Virus record (IMG/VR): IMGVR_UViG_3300045988_126262
Source: a virus
Reading direction: 5' to 3' (one strand)
Length of the DNA stretch: 64,000 nt
Shown here in pieces: positions 51,596 through 60,850 of the stretch (position 1 is its first letter; the number at the start of each line of letters is the position of its first letter). The notes below the pieces were generated by a model. The model was given only the letters and a program-made list of their open reading frames with translations. It made no database searches and was not told where the DNA came from. The position numbers and the translations under genes are program-made.

Positions 51596-52867
51596 ATGGC
51601 CATCGATAAAAACAAGATCGTAGCCCCGGTAGCGATAACCGACCCGTATAACCTGCTGGGAATATACCCGAAGAACGGGGTATGGGACGTGGCCGACATC
51701 GTTGCCCTCGAACGCCCCCTGTTGCAGGGTGGCCGTCCGGGACGTATCAACAAATGGAGTCGTCATAAACCCGTGCGCTATCCGCAGGCTGCACCGCTAT
51801 CCGACAACTATCCTCAGCAATCCGGCGGGGTCACTACATACGTCGATCAATGGGAAGGGAGCGACACCGACAAAAATCAGGGCATACGTTATGGGCTGAA
51901 AGCCACGATACCGCACGGCACGAATATCGTCGCTATCCATGATACCTCCTTCGACTATGTGGCCTATCCCCACCCGGGTACGGATTTTTGTCGCCTGAGC
52001 GATTTCGACGGCTACGACCACAATGCGGAACCTAATCTTATCGGAAGTAAAATTGACGAAATCAGTGCGGACGTGCCGCATCTTTTTGTCGATATTAACT
52101 ATTACGATACTTCGGTGAATCCTACCGGCGTACCCGTCGAATCATGGCTGTCGCTGGCCTCCGACAAGAGTATCGGCGATTATTATCCGGCTATTTTGGC
52201 AACCGATGGAAATGGAAGCAGTTTTGCCCGATTGCTGACGAACGCCTCGACAAACACCGTAACCACCTTACGGGTGGGCAATGTGTGGTACTCCGCTTTC
52301 AAGGTCAAGTTTTTCAGTGACGGTACTACTCCGCCGATACTTCCTGTCGGACAGAGCGACACATTTCCGGGGGAGGATTCGATAGGGACGAATTTGAAGG
52401 TGACATTGTTCCTTATCGATAAGAAGTCGTTCGAATACTGGACAGGGGTCGACAAACAGATCACCGTGGCGGATTATTTCCCCATACCCACATCGATAGC
52501 TATGACAGCCGAGATAAACAGCACATATACCCCGATTAAAATCGTGGATTTCACTTTCCTTTCGAGTTACTTTCAGGTGCGTATCAGTTTTCCGAACGGA
52601 AATCCTCCGGTGGGTGAGAAATACACCTTCCGCATTTCGGGGTCCGGATTCCTCGCGATATATGATTACGAATACAAGGGAGCAGGGATTCTCATTTTGA
52701 ATATCCCTTTGGGGACGATACATCCGGACCTTCCACCGGGAACCCATACCTATTACCTGACCTGTTCCGTGTATGGGGTCTCCTCGTCGGGTGAGGCCGG
52801 CGTTCAACTCGACTCCCTATCCAAAAACGTGACATTTGACATTCCCGACAGCGGGATTATCAGTTAA
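51596..52867 (+). CDS. tail-associated hypothetical protein (423 aa)
   Basis: Track ORF in the GC-rich tail-fibre region. Confidence 0.55.
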   Translation: MAIDKNKIVAPVAITDPYNLLGIYPKNGVWDVADIVALERPLLQGGRPGRINKWSRHKPVRYPQAAPLSDNYPQQSGGVTTYVDQWEGSDTDKNQGIRYGLKATIPHGTNIVAIHDTSFDYVAYPHPGTDFCRLSDFDGYDHNAEPNLIGSKIDEISADVPHLFVDINYYDTSVNPTGVPVESWLSLASDKSIGDYYPAILATDGNGSSFARLLTNASTNTVTTLRVGNVWYSAFKVKFFSDGTTPPILPVGQSDTFPGEDSIGTNLKVTLFLIDKKSFEYWTGVDKQITVADYFPIPTSIAMTAEINSTYTPIKIVDFTFLSSYFQVRISFPNGNPPVGEKYTFRISGSGFLAIYDYEYKGAGILILNIPLGTIHPDLPPGTHTYYLTCSVYGVSSSGEAGVQLDSLSKNVTFDIPDSGIIS

Positions 52868-52885
52868 CCATAAATACAAAACATT

Positions 52886-53125
52886 ATGATTGAGTTAGTA
52901 AAAATCAGCGAAAACATCAGCCGTTCGTTCAACGGAAAAGAGACTGTGGAAACCCTGCAAGCGGTCAATTACCGAATTGTGGAAAACGGTGTGGAAAAAG
53001 GTCATGTCACTGTCGGGCAAGGCAGTTTTAACATGAATGTCTATTCCATGACCTCCACGGTCGAGGAGACAAAGGGCCTTGTGGAAAAAATGTTCAACGC
53101 ATTATCCGATGGCAGCGATGAGTGA
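52886..53125 (+). CDS. hypothetical protein (79 aa)
   Basis: Track ORF. Confidence 0.5.
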   Translation: MIELVKISENISRSFNGKETVETLQAVNYRIVENGVEKGHVTVGQGSFNMNVYSMTSTVEETKGLVEKMFNALSDGSDE

Positions 53126-53456
53126 CAAAAAGTACGAAGAGAAATACTCATGGGAGGATATTAAGTTTACCATTGGCTTTGAGGACAGAAACAAGCAGCC
53201 CATCGATGCCGAGACGAAGAAGTTTAAGTTCATCTACAAGGACGAGGCCGGTTGTTGTTGCGAAGTGAGCTATGACGGAAAGACACGTAAGAACTGTGTG
53301 TTCCGTGACGGCGTGCTGTACGGCATATTCAATTCCGGGACTTTCCGCTATGGCTTGCTCACGGTCGAGAGGCATTACTGGATAGAGGATGCCGATTTCG
53401 ATGACGGCAAATGGGACTATGGAGATGTTTACAAAACCAATATAATCATCAAGTGA
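53118..53456 (+). CDS. hypothetical protein (112 aa)
   Basis: The ATG overlaps the previous gene end by 8 nt. The track start at 53079 is further upstream. Confidence 0.5.
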   Translation: MSDKKYEEKYSWEDIKFTIGFEDRNKQPIDAETKKFKFIYKDEAGCCCEVSYDGKTRKNCVFRDGVLYGIFNSGTFRYGLLTVERHYWIEDADFDDGKWDYGDVYKTNIIIK

Positions 53457-53457
53457 T

Positions 53458-54966
53458 ATGGCAGATAGTGATTGCATAATCGTTCATGAGCAGGTGGTAG
53501 TACCCGATGCCGCCGTGGTGGAGGAAATGGTTGCCTTGCCCGGTGAAAAAGGTGACAAGGGAGACCCTTTTACCTACGACGATTTTACGCCGGAGCAAAT
53601 CGCCGAGCTTCAACGCCCTGCGACAGAGGCGGCGGCAGTTGCCAATCAAGCGGCTGAAAAGGCAAACAAGGCGGCCACGGATATAGAGGCTCTCGGCGAC
53701 AGGTTGACGGCAGAAGAAGCGAAACGGGAATCGGCTGAAAGCGGCCGTGCCTCGGCAGAGAGTGATAGAGCCGAAGCGGAAGTTCTAAGAGAGACGAGTT
53801 TTTCCCAAATGCAAACTACGCTCGAAGGGCTTATTTCCGATACAAACACAGCCACATCGAACGCCAACACAGCGGCGGGAAATGCGGAGAATGCCGCAAC
53901 GGAAGCTAACAACTCGGCAACTCTCGCTAATGCGGCAGCCGATAAAGCTAACCAAGCGGCGGAGAGCATAGACGATAAAATCTCCGGGAAACAAGACAGA
54001 TTGATTAGTGGAGAAAACGTCGAAATAAAAGACAACATTATTTCTGCGCAGGGGATAAACGGGAAATTATTCGAAGATACGAGTAAAACCTACCAGCTGT
54101 ATTATTTTAAAAACGGTTTGTTTTTTTATTGCAACAAGGATAGCAGGCTTGCCTGTTGGAATGAACAGACAGGAGAAGATACAGTTTATGATGAAATCAC
54201 GTTAAATATACATTCATATCTCTATAATAGAAACTCTTGCTTCGTTTATAAAGACGGTAAAATCATTGTACCTAACAGTAGTGCCATCACCTGCTGGGAT
54301 TTAGATACACGAACTAAGATATGGACTTTATCAGAACCGTACTATAATTGCAACTTCGTCGAATATAAGGACTTCGTTTATTTTTACAAAAATGATGGCG
54401 TTCTACGACTGATAGATTTTGAAACCGGTCTCACTGAAAAAGAATTCGATCTGAAAGAATTGTCCGGAGCCTCTATTTCAGATATTCAGAATTTCGGGCA
54501 ATGCGAATACAACGAATTCAATTATTTCCTGTCGTACAGTAATTTGTTTAAAATCGACAGTTCCAACGGCGATATTTCATTTGTCGGAAAAATAGAAGGT
54601 TCAGGATATAACATTATCGTCTATTTCAAAAGTGCGGCTTATGTTATAAGCCATCAAAAGATTTGTACGATAGAGATGTCAAACATAGAGAACGGAACTC
54701 TTGCCAAGAAAAACGAAGCGGGATATACCATGAATACTTATGTCAATGTTTCCCCAAGCGATTCATTGATGGACAATTCGATTTATGGTTATAAATATAA
54801 ACTCACTTTCAACAGCTTGTACTACAATATTTATGTATATGCAGATATAAATATGGACGAGTATGCCGGTAGGGTGGTAAAGGGAGATTCCGGGTATATA
54901 CAAATTCCTAACCCTAATTTGGAAAATGGAAAACTTCTGTATCCGAGGTATAAAAAATTCAATTGA
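53458..54966 (+). CDS. tail fibre-like protein (collagen-like triplets, Ala-rich coiled coil, AT-rich C-terminal domain)
   Basis: 502 aa. GEKGDKGDP triplets and a long Ala/Glu/Asn-rich helix. The C-terminal ~300 aa are encoded by much more AT-rich DNA. Confidence 0.65.
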   Translation: MADSDCIIVHEQVVVPDAAVVEEMVALPGEKGDKGDPFTYDDFTPEQIAELQRPATEAAAVANQAAEKANKAATDIEALGDRLTAEEAKRESAESGRASAESDRAEAEVLRETSFSQMQTTLEGLISDTNTATSNANTAAGNAENAATEANNSATLANAAADKANQAAESIDDKISGKQDRLISGENVEIKDNIISAQGINGKLFEDTSKTYQLYYFKNGLFFYCNKDSRLACWNEQTGEDTVYDEITLNIHSYLYNRNSCFVYKDGKIIVPNSSAITCWDLDTRTKIWTLSEPYYNCNFVEYKDFVYFYKNDGVLRLIDFETGLTEKEFDLKELSGASISDIQNFGQCEYNEFNYFLSYSNLFKIDSSNGDISFVGKIEGSGYNIIVYFKSAAYVISHQKICTIEMSNIENGTLAKKNEAGYTMNTYVNVSPSDSLMDNSIYGYKYKLTFNSLYYNIYVYADINMDEYAGRVVKGDSGYIQIPNPNLENGKLLYPRYKKFN

Positions 54967-54967
54967 T

Positions 54968-55354
54968 ATGATACAAGTTAAAATATACGACGAAAGAGTC
55001 ACTAATATTTATTATGGCGAAACCCTGATAGAAGGATTCATACGAATAGATTCTATCCCATCTCCCGAAGAGATACCCGGAAAAATACCCGTGATGTATT
55101 ACCGGAACGGTGCGATAGTCTATGAGTACGAGGCCGCACCGGAAGCGACGGATAACGGCACGGAAACACCACCTGCCCAAATAGACTACGGAGAAACGGT
55201 AAACGGATTGATCCGTCGGAAATATACCTTGTCGGAGGAGTTGGCGATACTTCGGCAAAGAGATACGAAAGCAGAGGAGTTCGAGGCTTATAACGCCTAT
55301 GCGGAATCCTGCAAAGAGGAAGCTATATTGTTAATCGAAAAACAGAAACATTGA
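54968..55354 (+). CDS. tail fibre assembly/chaperone-like protein
   Basis: 128 aa. YTLSEELAILRQRDTKAEEFEAYNAY resembles tail-fibre assembly proteins. Follows the fibre gene. Confidence 0.4.
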   Translation: MIQVKIYDERVTNIYYGETLIEGFIRIDSIPSPEEIPGKIPVMYYRNGAIVYEYEAAPEATDNGTETPPAQIDYGETVNGLIRRKYTLSEELAILRQRDTKAEEFEAYNAYAESCKEEAILLIEKQKH

Positions 55355-55355
55355 T

Positions 55356-55979
55356 ATGGGAGGGATAAACGAGGCTACGGAGGTGGCCAGAGGGATAAGC
55401 GAACAGGGGTTCTTGGTGATGACCGCAGCATTCTTCTTGGTGTTGTCGGCCATGATGATGGTGGCCTGCTTCAAGTGGTTCAAGTCGATTATCACCAAGA
55501 GTATGGAGGATTACGGCGAATCCCTGAAAGAGCTTATCGAAAAGACGAACGACCAGAATAATATGTTGTCCGACATATCGGAAGGGTTGAGGCAGGAAAC
55601 CTTGTTGCGCTTGAAAGTGGTTATAAGCAACGCTATTGACTTGTCTGTCGAGCAGGTATGCCGGATTATTAAAGACGTCCGAGAGGAGAACAACATCGAC
55701 AAGAAGGAGCAGACAAAAAAGAAAATACACGCAAGGGTGTGGAATGTTCAAGACGAGCGGGCAAACGGCTTTAACTATTTCACCTATCACGGCAAGAAGC
55801 TCTCCGATTTCACCAACCCGAAATGGGGTGAATGGGTGGCTGACGTGGTAGAGAGCGAGGTCTATTCTGACAAAGTTAACAACGGTAGAGCCTATGCCAA
55901 TGTGAAGCAAGTTTACGAAAGGATAAAACACGATTTTTTTAACAGATTAGAAAATGGAAACGATGAAAGCAATTTATGA
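55356..55979 (+). CDS. membrane-anchored protein of the lysis region
   Basis: 207 aa. N-terminal transmembrane helix FLVMTAAFFLVLSAMMMVACF. Confidence 0.55.
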   Translation: MGGINEATEVARGISEQGFLVMTAAFFLVLSAMMMVACFKWFKSIITKSMEDYGESLKELIEKTNDQNNMLSDISEGLRQETLLRLKVVISNAIDLSVEQVCRIIKDVREENNIDKKEQTKKKIHARVWNVQDERANGFNYFTYHGKKLSDFTNPKWGEWVADVVESEVYSDKVNNGRAYANVKQVYERIKHDFFNRLENGNDESNL

Positions 55980-56232
55980 CAAATTGGTAAAGTGGATTGA
56001 AAATATTCCCCACGACAAGCTGCTGCATTTTATCGCAGGAGGTGTCATCGCCTCTTTCTTCGCCATCGTGATAGGTGCGACGGCGGAATATTGTGTGCTG
56101 TTCTCTGCCATAGCGGGCTGTATCAAGGAGGCTGTCGACGAGTGGAGGAAGCCGGGGGCTTGGTCGTATGCCGACTTGCTGGCGACCATACTGGGAGGGC
56201 TGGTGATTCAAATCGAGGTTTGGATTGCCTGA
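55954..56232 (+). CDS. holin-like protein with three transmembrane helices
   Basis: 92 aa with three hydrophobic helices. Sits in the lysis region upstream of the endolysin gene. Confidence 0.5.
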   Translation: METMKAIYDKLVKWIENIPHDKLLHFIAGGVIASFFAIVIGATAEYCVLFSAIAGCIKEAVDEWRKPGAWSYADLLATILGGLVIQIEVWIA

Positions 56233-56332
56233 CGAAAAAAATGAATTTTTATAACCCGGCGACGGGAAAGCGTTCTTTGACTTCTTGGAATCACCGTTTG
56301 ATTTATCGTAAAAAAGTATAAGAATTGGTTGC

Positions 56333-56845
56333 ATGTTACGATATTTTTTGTTACTTTGCAACAAGATGATAAGCGATACCTATAAATACGATAGCGTTAC
56401 GGTTGCAAACTATATCATTGCGTTTGCTAACCAGAATAAGTTTTTCATTAACATGACTAAGCTTCAAAAGTTGTTGTATATAGCTTATGGAGTATATCTT
56501 TACGTAAAGAACGAACGCTTGACAAACGAGCACCCTCAGGCTTGGCCGTATGGTCCGGTTTTCCCGACCACTCGAAATAAATTGATAAAAAAGGATTTTT
56601 CAGAAATTTCCCTTTCTGATGAAAACCTTGAAAAAATAGCCCGTGATTCCGAAATGGAATCTCTGATGAAACTGGTCTTTGGCAGCTATGGTTCTAAAAC
56701 TGCCGCCTATCTGACGGAATGGTCTCACAAGCCCGGTTCTCCGTGGGATAGGACCGTTAAGCAGCCTTCATTCAGCTGGGGGGATAGAATCCCGGATAGT
56801 TATATCCAAGAGTATTTTAAGACACTAATTTCTCCCAAAGCATGA
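56333..56845 (+). CDS. Panacea (DUF4065) domain protein, PanA-like antitoxin candidate
   Basis: 170 aa. TKLQKLLYIAYGVYLY...AWPYGPVFP is the Panacea core. The start may instead be the ATG at 56366. Confidence 0.75.
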   Translation: MLRYFLLLCNKMISDTYKYDSVTVANYIIAFANQNKFFINMTKLQKLLYIAYGVYLYVKNERLTNEHPQAWPYGPVFPTTRNKLIKKDFSEISLSDENLEKIARDSEMESLMKLVFGSYGSKTAAYLTEWSHKPGSPWDRTVKQPSFSWGDRIPDSYIQEYFKTLISPKA

Positions 56846-57189
56846 CTAAACAGAAAGATTCTTTTAGCGGCTTGGATTTACGTAGTGAGAATGGTGTCCA
56901 TATTTCTCCCGACTCAAATTTGGGCGATATAGACGACAAGAATTTATCCGAACAAATACGGGAGCGATATTCACAAGATACACAATTTCGTAAACATTTG
57001 GCCAGATGGGTCATGTGGATTATCCCCATATGGTTATTCATAGTAATTGCCATTCTTGTATTTTGCGGGATCGGATTATTTTCATTGGGACCGGAAATAT
57101 TGATAGCTCTATTGGCTACGACGACTATCAATGTATTAGGTTTAGCCAATATCGTATTAAAGGGTATTTTCCCGAACAGAAAAAAATAA
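56842..57189 (+). CDS. small membrane protein with two transmembrane helices, toxin (PanT-like) or holin-like candidate
   Basis: 115 aa. ATGA overlap with the Panacea gene. WVMWIIPIWLFIVIAILVFCGIGLF and ILIALLATTTINVLGLANIVL. Confidence 0.6.
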   Translation: MTKQKDSFSGLDLRSENGVHISPDSNLGDIDDKNLSEQIRERYSQDTQFRKHLARWVMWIIPIWLFIVIAILVFCGIGLFSLGPEILIALLATTTINVLGLANIVLKGIFPNRKK

Positions 57190-57200
57190 ACATTGCTCAC

Positions 57201-57389
57201 ATGGATACAAAAGGTTCATTCCCCTATGTCCAGAACTCGTCCGATACGGATTCTCAACCTCCGATACCGGCTGATTATTCTCCAAAATTCGATGAAAGTT
57301 ATTTAAATTCTTTAATCGAAAAGGCTTACCCTCGTCTAAAAGATGTCGACCCTGTACAATGGCTCGATGAATTGAGGAGAGAGGATTGA
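57201..57389 (+). CDS. small hypothetical protein (62 aa)
   Basis: Internal ATG of track ORF 57006..57389, just after the previous stop codon. Confidence 0.4.
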   Translation: MDTKGSFPYVQNSSDTDSQPPIPADYSPKFDESYLNSLIEKAYPRLKDVDPVQWLDELRRED

Positions 57390-57471
57390 TAATGCCTTCG
57401 GCCTACGTTTGTCCCATTTTCAATAACGGATAAGCCTAACCCTAAGGCTACTCTCCCATACATTCGTTACA

Positions 57472-57504
57472 AGCGGTGATTCTAAAAAAGTCACCGCTTT
57501 TTTT
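57472..57504 (+). terminator. intrinsic terminator
   Basis: AGCGGTGA...TCACCGCT stem followed by TTTTTTT. Confidence 0.75.
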
Positions 57505-57521
57505 GTCGCCAAAAATGAAGA

Positions 57522-57926
57522 ATGGATATGAAATACTTCACGATGAAAGAACTCACAAAGAGCTCGACGGCCGATAAACTGGGTATAGACAATACCCCTA
57601 CTCCCGAAGCGTCGGCCCAGTTGTCGAACCTTGTCACCCATGTTTTAGACCCACTGCGGGAGATGTACGGAAAGGCGATAACCGTCAATTCGGGCTATCG
57701 TTGTCCCAAACTCAATGCCGCTGTGGGTGGTGCGAAAAACAGCCAGCACATGAGGGGCGAGGCGGCGGACATAACGGCAGGGAGCAAGGAGGAGAACAAG
57801 AGGCTGTTCGAGCTTATACGGGATAACCTTCCCTTCGACCAGCTTTTGAACGAGAGCAATTACAGTTGGGTGCACGTGTCTTATGTGTCTACATCGAAGA
57901 ACCGGAAACAAATACTGAGCCTATGA
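57522..57926 (+). CDS. endolysin, peptidase M15 family (L-Ala-D-Glu / D-Ala-D-Ala peptidase type)
   Basis: 134 aa. SGYRCPKLNAAVGGAKNSQHMRGEAADI is the M15 zinc-binding signature. Confidence 0.85.
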   Translation: MDMKYFTMKELTKSSTADKLGIDNTPTPEASAQLSNLVTHVLDPLREMYGKAITVNSGYRCPKLNAAVGGAKNSQHMRGEAADITAGSKEENKRLFELIRDNLPFDQLLNESNYSWVHVSYVSTSKNRKQILSL

Positions 57927-58321
57927 GACATATCGTATTCCTATTGTTGTTTTTGGCTATCTTGGCTGCGACGAGTTGTACCAGACATGTGTACGTTCCG
58001 GTGGAAACGACAAAGAGCGACACGGTGTATCTGAACCGGGTGCAGCTCGATTCCATATACATGCGGGACAGTGTTTTTGTAGAGAAATCGGGAGACACGA
58101 TACGTGAGTTCCAATACAAGTACATATACAGGTTCAAGGACAGAATCGATACGCTGTATATATCCAAGACGGACAGCATACAAGTACCCTACCCCGTCGA
58201 GGTAGTAAAGTACAAGACTCCTCAATGGTGCTGGTGGACACTCGGTGGCATTGTCTTGCTGCTTGTCCCTTACATCGTGAAATGGATAACAAAATTGAAA
58301 GGACTGGGTTTCTTGATATAA
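57923..58321 (+). CDS. unimolecular spanin candidate
   Basis: 132 aa. ATGA overlap with the endolysin gene. N-terminal lipoprotein signal MRHIVFLLLFLAILAATSC and a C-terminal transmembrane helix WCWWTLGGIVLLLVPYIV. Confidence 0.6.
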   Translation: MRHIVFLLLFLAILAATSCTRHVYVPVETTKSDTVYLNRVQLDSIYMRDSVFVEKSGDTIREFQYKYIYRFKDRIDTLYISKTDSIQVPYPVEVVKYKTPQWCWWTLGGIVLLLVPYIVKWITKLKGLGFLI

Positions 58322-58406
58322 TTTGATTTACGACTCCTTCCGGGGCTTCGGAGTATAAAGAGGAAAGCCTCAATCTCTTGCTGCTCTTCCAAAACTAACA
58401 AGAGAC

Positions 58407-58466
58407 AACATCACGGGGAATGTTACGAGGCTTTCACAGCCTTTAAACAGGAACGTGATGTTTTTT
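58407..58466 (+). terminator. compound stem-loop terminator after the lysis genes
   Basis: Outer stem AACATCACG/CGTGATGTT encloses an AGGCT/AGCCT hairpin and is followed by TTTTT. Confidence 0.6.
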
Positions 58467-58515
58467 ATTGTGTCAACAATCTATAATTTAACAAATATTT
58501 AAAAAGGCAAGAGAT

Positions 58516-58815
58516 ATGAAAACCAATGAAATCTTTGAACACGTCTTGCAAATCGTTTGCGAGGAATGTGAGCTGTGTTACGGCGAATTGATCAATGGTG
58601 CGAACAAAAATGCGGTCGACGCACGTTGCCTGCTCATCTGTGCGTTGGTATCGCTCGGCTTCTCCGAGGAGAACACCGCCGCTTATCTTTCCATGACCCG
58701 ACAGGGAGTGAACAAATTGAAAAACAGCCTGAAACAGCGGTGTTCGGGAAGTTTTATTCTGACAACGACAAATCAACGGGTCAGCAACAGGATAGCCACC
58801 GAAATCCGAGGATAG
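58516..58815 (+). CDS. small HTH protein (DnaA-domain-IV-like)
   Basis: 99 aa. DARCLLICALVSLGFSEENTAAYLSMTRQGVNKL resembles a DnaA C-terminal type HTH. Confidence 0.45.
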   Translation: MKTNEIFEHVLQIVCEECELCYGELINGANKNAVDARCLLICALVSLGFSEENTAAYLSMTRQGVNKLKNSLKQRCSGSFILTTTNQRVSNRIATEIRG

Positions 58816-58878
58816 CAACGGCAATAGCCATACGTTTGTATGCGGCCGATATTGGCCGTAACCATCAATTATATCTAT

Positions 58879-59823
58879 ATGGAAAGAACGTATGTTTTCA
58901 ATCAAGAGCCCAATGGTGGCGGAAGCAAGTTCGACATCATGGCTTTATTGCCCAACCTGATGGGCGGTAAAGGGGTCGATCCCGGACTCTTGGCCCTTCT
59001 CAATCAGGGAAGGAACAATCAGGACGCTTGGGGCGGAGGCATGTGGTGGATTTGGATTATCCTGCTGTGGTTCTGCTGGGGCGGTAACGGATTCGGAGGT
59101 TTTGGCAACCGGGGCGGGCTTCCTGCCGAGTTGAACGGCGATGTAGGACGTGAATACCTGATGTCGGCCATTCAAGGGAACGGTAATGCCATCAACCAAC
59201 TCGCCTCGTCCTTGAACTGCTCTACCCAACAGTTACAATCTGCCTTGTGCAACATTCAGGGCTTGATTCAGGGTGTCGGCAACCAAGTGGGCATGTCCGC
59301 ACAACAGATCATCAACAGCATTCAATCGGGTAATTGTACGCTGGCTACCCAAATCGCAGATTGCTGCTGCAAGACGCAAAACGCAATCGAGAGACAAGGA
59401 TATGAAACTCGTATCGCCACCTCGGAACAAACCCACTCCCTCGTGGACAGCGGCAATGAGAACACTCGTGCCATTTTGGCGAAGCTGGATTCTATCCAAA
59501 CTCAGGCTTTACAGGACAAGATCACCGCTTTGACGGCAGAGAAGGCTACTTTGGCGGCTGAAATCTCCCAACGGAACCAGAATGCGACCATTCTCAATGC
59601 GGTAGGGCAACAGATTGCTCCCCTCGCTGCCGGTTTGCAGGCTCTCCAAAGCGATGTGGACGGCATCAAGTGTAAATTGCCCAATACCGTTCCCGTGGTA
59701 TATCCGAACATTCAGGCTGTAAACACGGACTTGTACCGGGCTGCCGCTTATGGTGCTTATGCGGGCGATGTCGCATACGGGCGCAGCGGTTACGGATGCG
59801 GTTGCAACAACTACTGGGGTTAA
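58879..59823 (+). CDS. Gly/Trp-rich membrane protein with a Gln/Cys-rich coiled region (orphan)
   Basis: 314 aa counted from the internal ATG. GGGMWWIWIILLWFCWGGNGFGGFGNRGG, many Cys residues including a CCC run, and the C-terminus YGCGCNNYWG. Confidence 0.55.
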   Translation: MERTYVFNQEPNGGGSKFDIMALLPNLMGGKGVDPGLLALLNQGRNNQDAWGGGMWWIWIILLWFCWGGNGFGGFGNRGGLPAELNGDVGREYLMSAIQGNGNAINQLASSLNCSTQQLQSALCNIQGLIQGVGNQVGMSAQQIINSIQSGNCTLATQIADCCCKTQNAIERQGYETRIATSEQTHSLVDSGNENTRAILAKLDSIQTQALQDKITALTAEKATLAAEISQRNQNATILNAVGQQIAPLAAGLQALQSDVDGIKCKLPNTVPVVYPNIQAVNTDLYRAAAYGAYAGDVAYGRSGYGCGCNNYWG

Positions 59824-59846
59824 TTCCAGTAAGAAAGGAGGTATAT

Positions 59847-60257
59847 ATGTGGCCTAACTTTTTTACAGGGTTTCCCTTTCCGTTCCCGACGCTGGGCAGA
59901 GTGAATTACAACACTCTTCCTACGGTGGCGGTGACGGTCGGCACGGAGAACGTGACTTTGGAACTTCCAAACCATGCGTTCCGTAACAGGGACTATGTGG
60001 GGGGATTCTATATCAATCTCCGTCAGGCGATACCCGCCGGAACGACCGCAACGCTTCCCATTCTCATCGGGACGAACGGGGACACGAGACCTCTGCTGGC
60101 TTACAACAACGAGCCGGTGACGGTAGAGAATATCGCCGGTACTGGGATCTATGAAATCCATTACAACAAGTACACCAACGAAGTGTATCTTGTCAACGGT
60201 GGGTACAGACCTACTACGGCGACGGCGGCAACCAACGTCGCTGCCAAAAGCAAATAA
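59847..60257 (+). CDS. hypothetical protein (136 aa)
   Basis: Internal ATG preceded by AAAGGAGG. N-terminus MWPNFFTGFPFPFP. Confidence 0.55.
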   Translation: MWPNFFTGFPFPFPTLGRVNYNTLPTVAVTVGTENVTLELPNHAFRNRDYVGGFYINLRQAIPAGTTATLPILIGTNGDTRPLLAYNNEPVTVENIAGTGIYEIHYNKYTNEVYLVNGGYRPTTATAATNVAAKSK

Positions 60258-60306
60258 TTAACACGGGGCTGCCTTTTATCGGGCAGTCCCATTAAATCAA
60301 AAAACT

Positions 60307-60849
60307 ATGTTTCAGAATCTTCGAGCAAACAACCAGTTATTTATCCTTCATAAGGAAGAAAATCCCTTAGTGGATATAGGCTCCGTCGTCAGCGTTTCGG
60401 CTGCGAAGCCCAAGTACCCCATGCCGACACCTATCGGGCAGATACCCCAGATGGAAATGGTGGTGGACGTGGTGGTCTGCGTGAACGGGCAGAACACGAC
60501 GTTCCAGAACTTGCCGGCAGGTGCAGACATCGCTGACTTCGGGCAAAACGGAAACATCGTCATATCTTGTTCCAGAGAGGCCATGAACTCGGAAGTGTCG
60601 GCTATCCGGCAAAAGAGCTTGGACGAACTGAACCGGCGTAATTACCACGAGAACGTGATTTCCGGGTGCGACAAGATATTGACAATTTTGAATCCCGAAT
60701 TTGCGGAGAAGCAAAGGCAGGAGCAGGAGATTGCCACCCTCAAAGGGCAGATGTCCGAAATGAGCAGAAGCATGGCCGACCTAATGGCCATGAACAAAAA
60801 ACTGATGGAACAGCTCAGTGTTTCTGAAACTTCTAAAAACAAAAAGTAA
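60307..60849 (+). CDS. hypothetical protein with a C-terminal coiled coil (180 aa)
   Basis: Track ORF. Confidence 0.55.
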   Translation: MFQNLRANNQLFILHKEENPLVDIGSVVSVSAAKPKYPMPTPIGQIPQMEMVVDVVVCVNGQNTTFQNLPAGADIADFGQNGNIVISCSREAMNSEVSAIRQKSLDELNRRNYHENVISGCDKILTILNPEFAEKQRQEQEIATLKGQMSEMSRSMADLMAMNKKLMEQLSVSETSKNKK

Positions 60850-60850
60850 T

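Noticed and set aside
50443-55931. Long - strand ORFs in the GC-rich block: 50443..50919, 51055..51393, 52268..52807, 53646..54038 and 55323..55931.
   Set aside because: All are fully antisense to long + strand genes that have recognisable tail or lysis features. They show low-complexity Arg/Pro/Gly-rich translations typical of shadow ORFs in GC-rich DNA.
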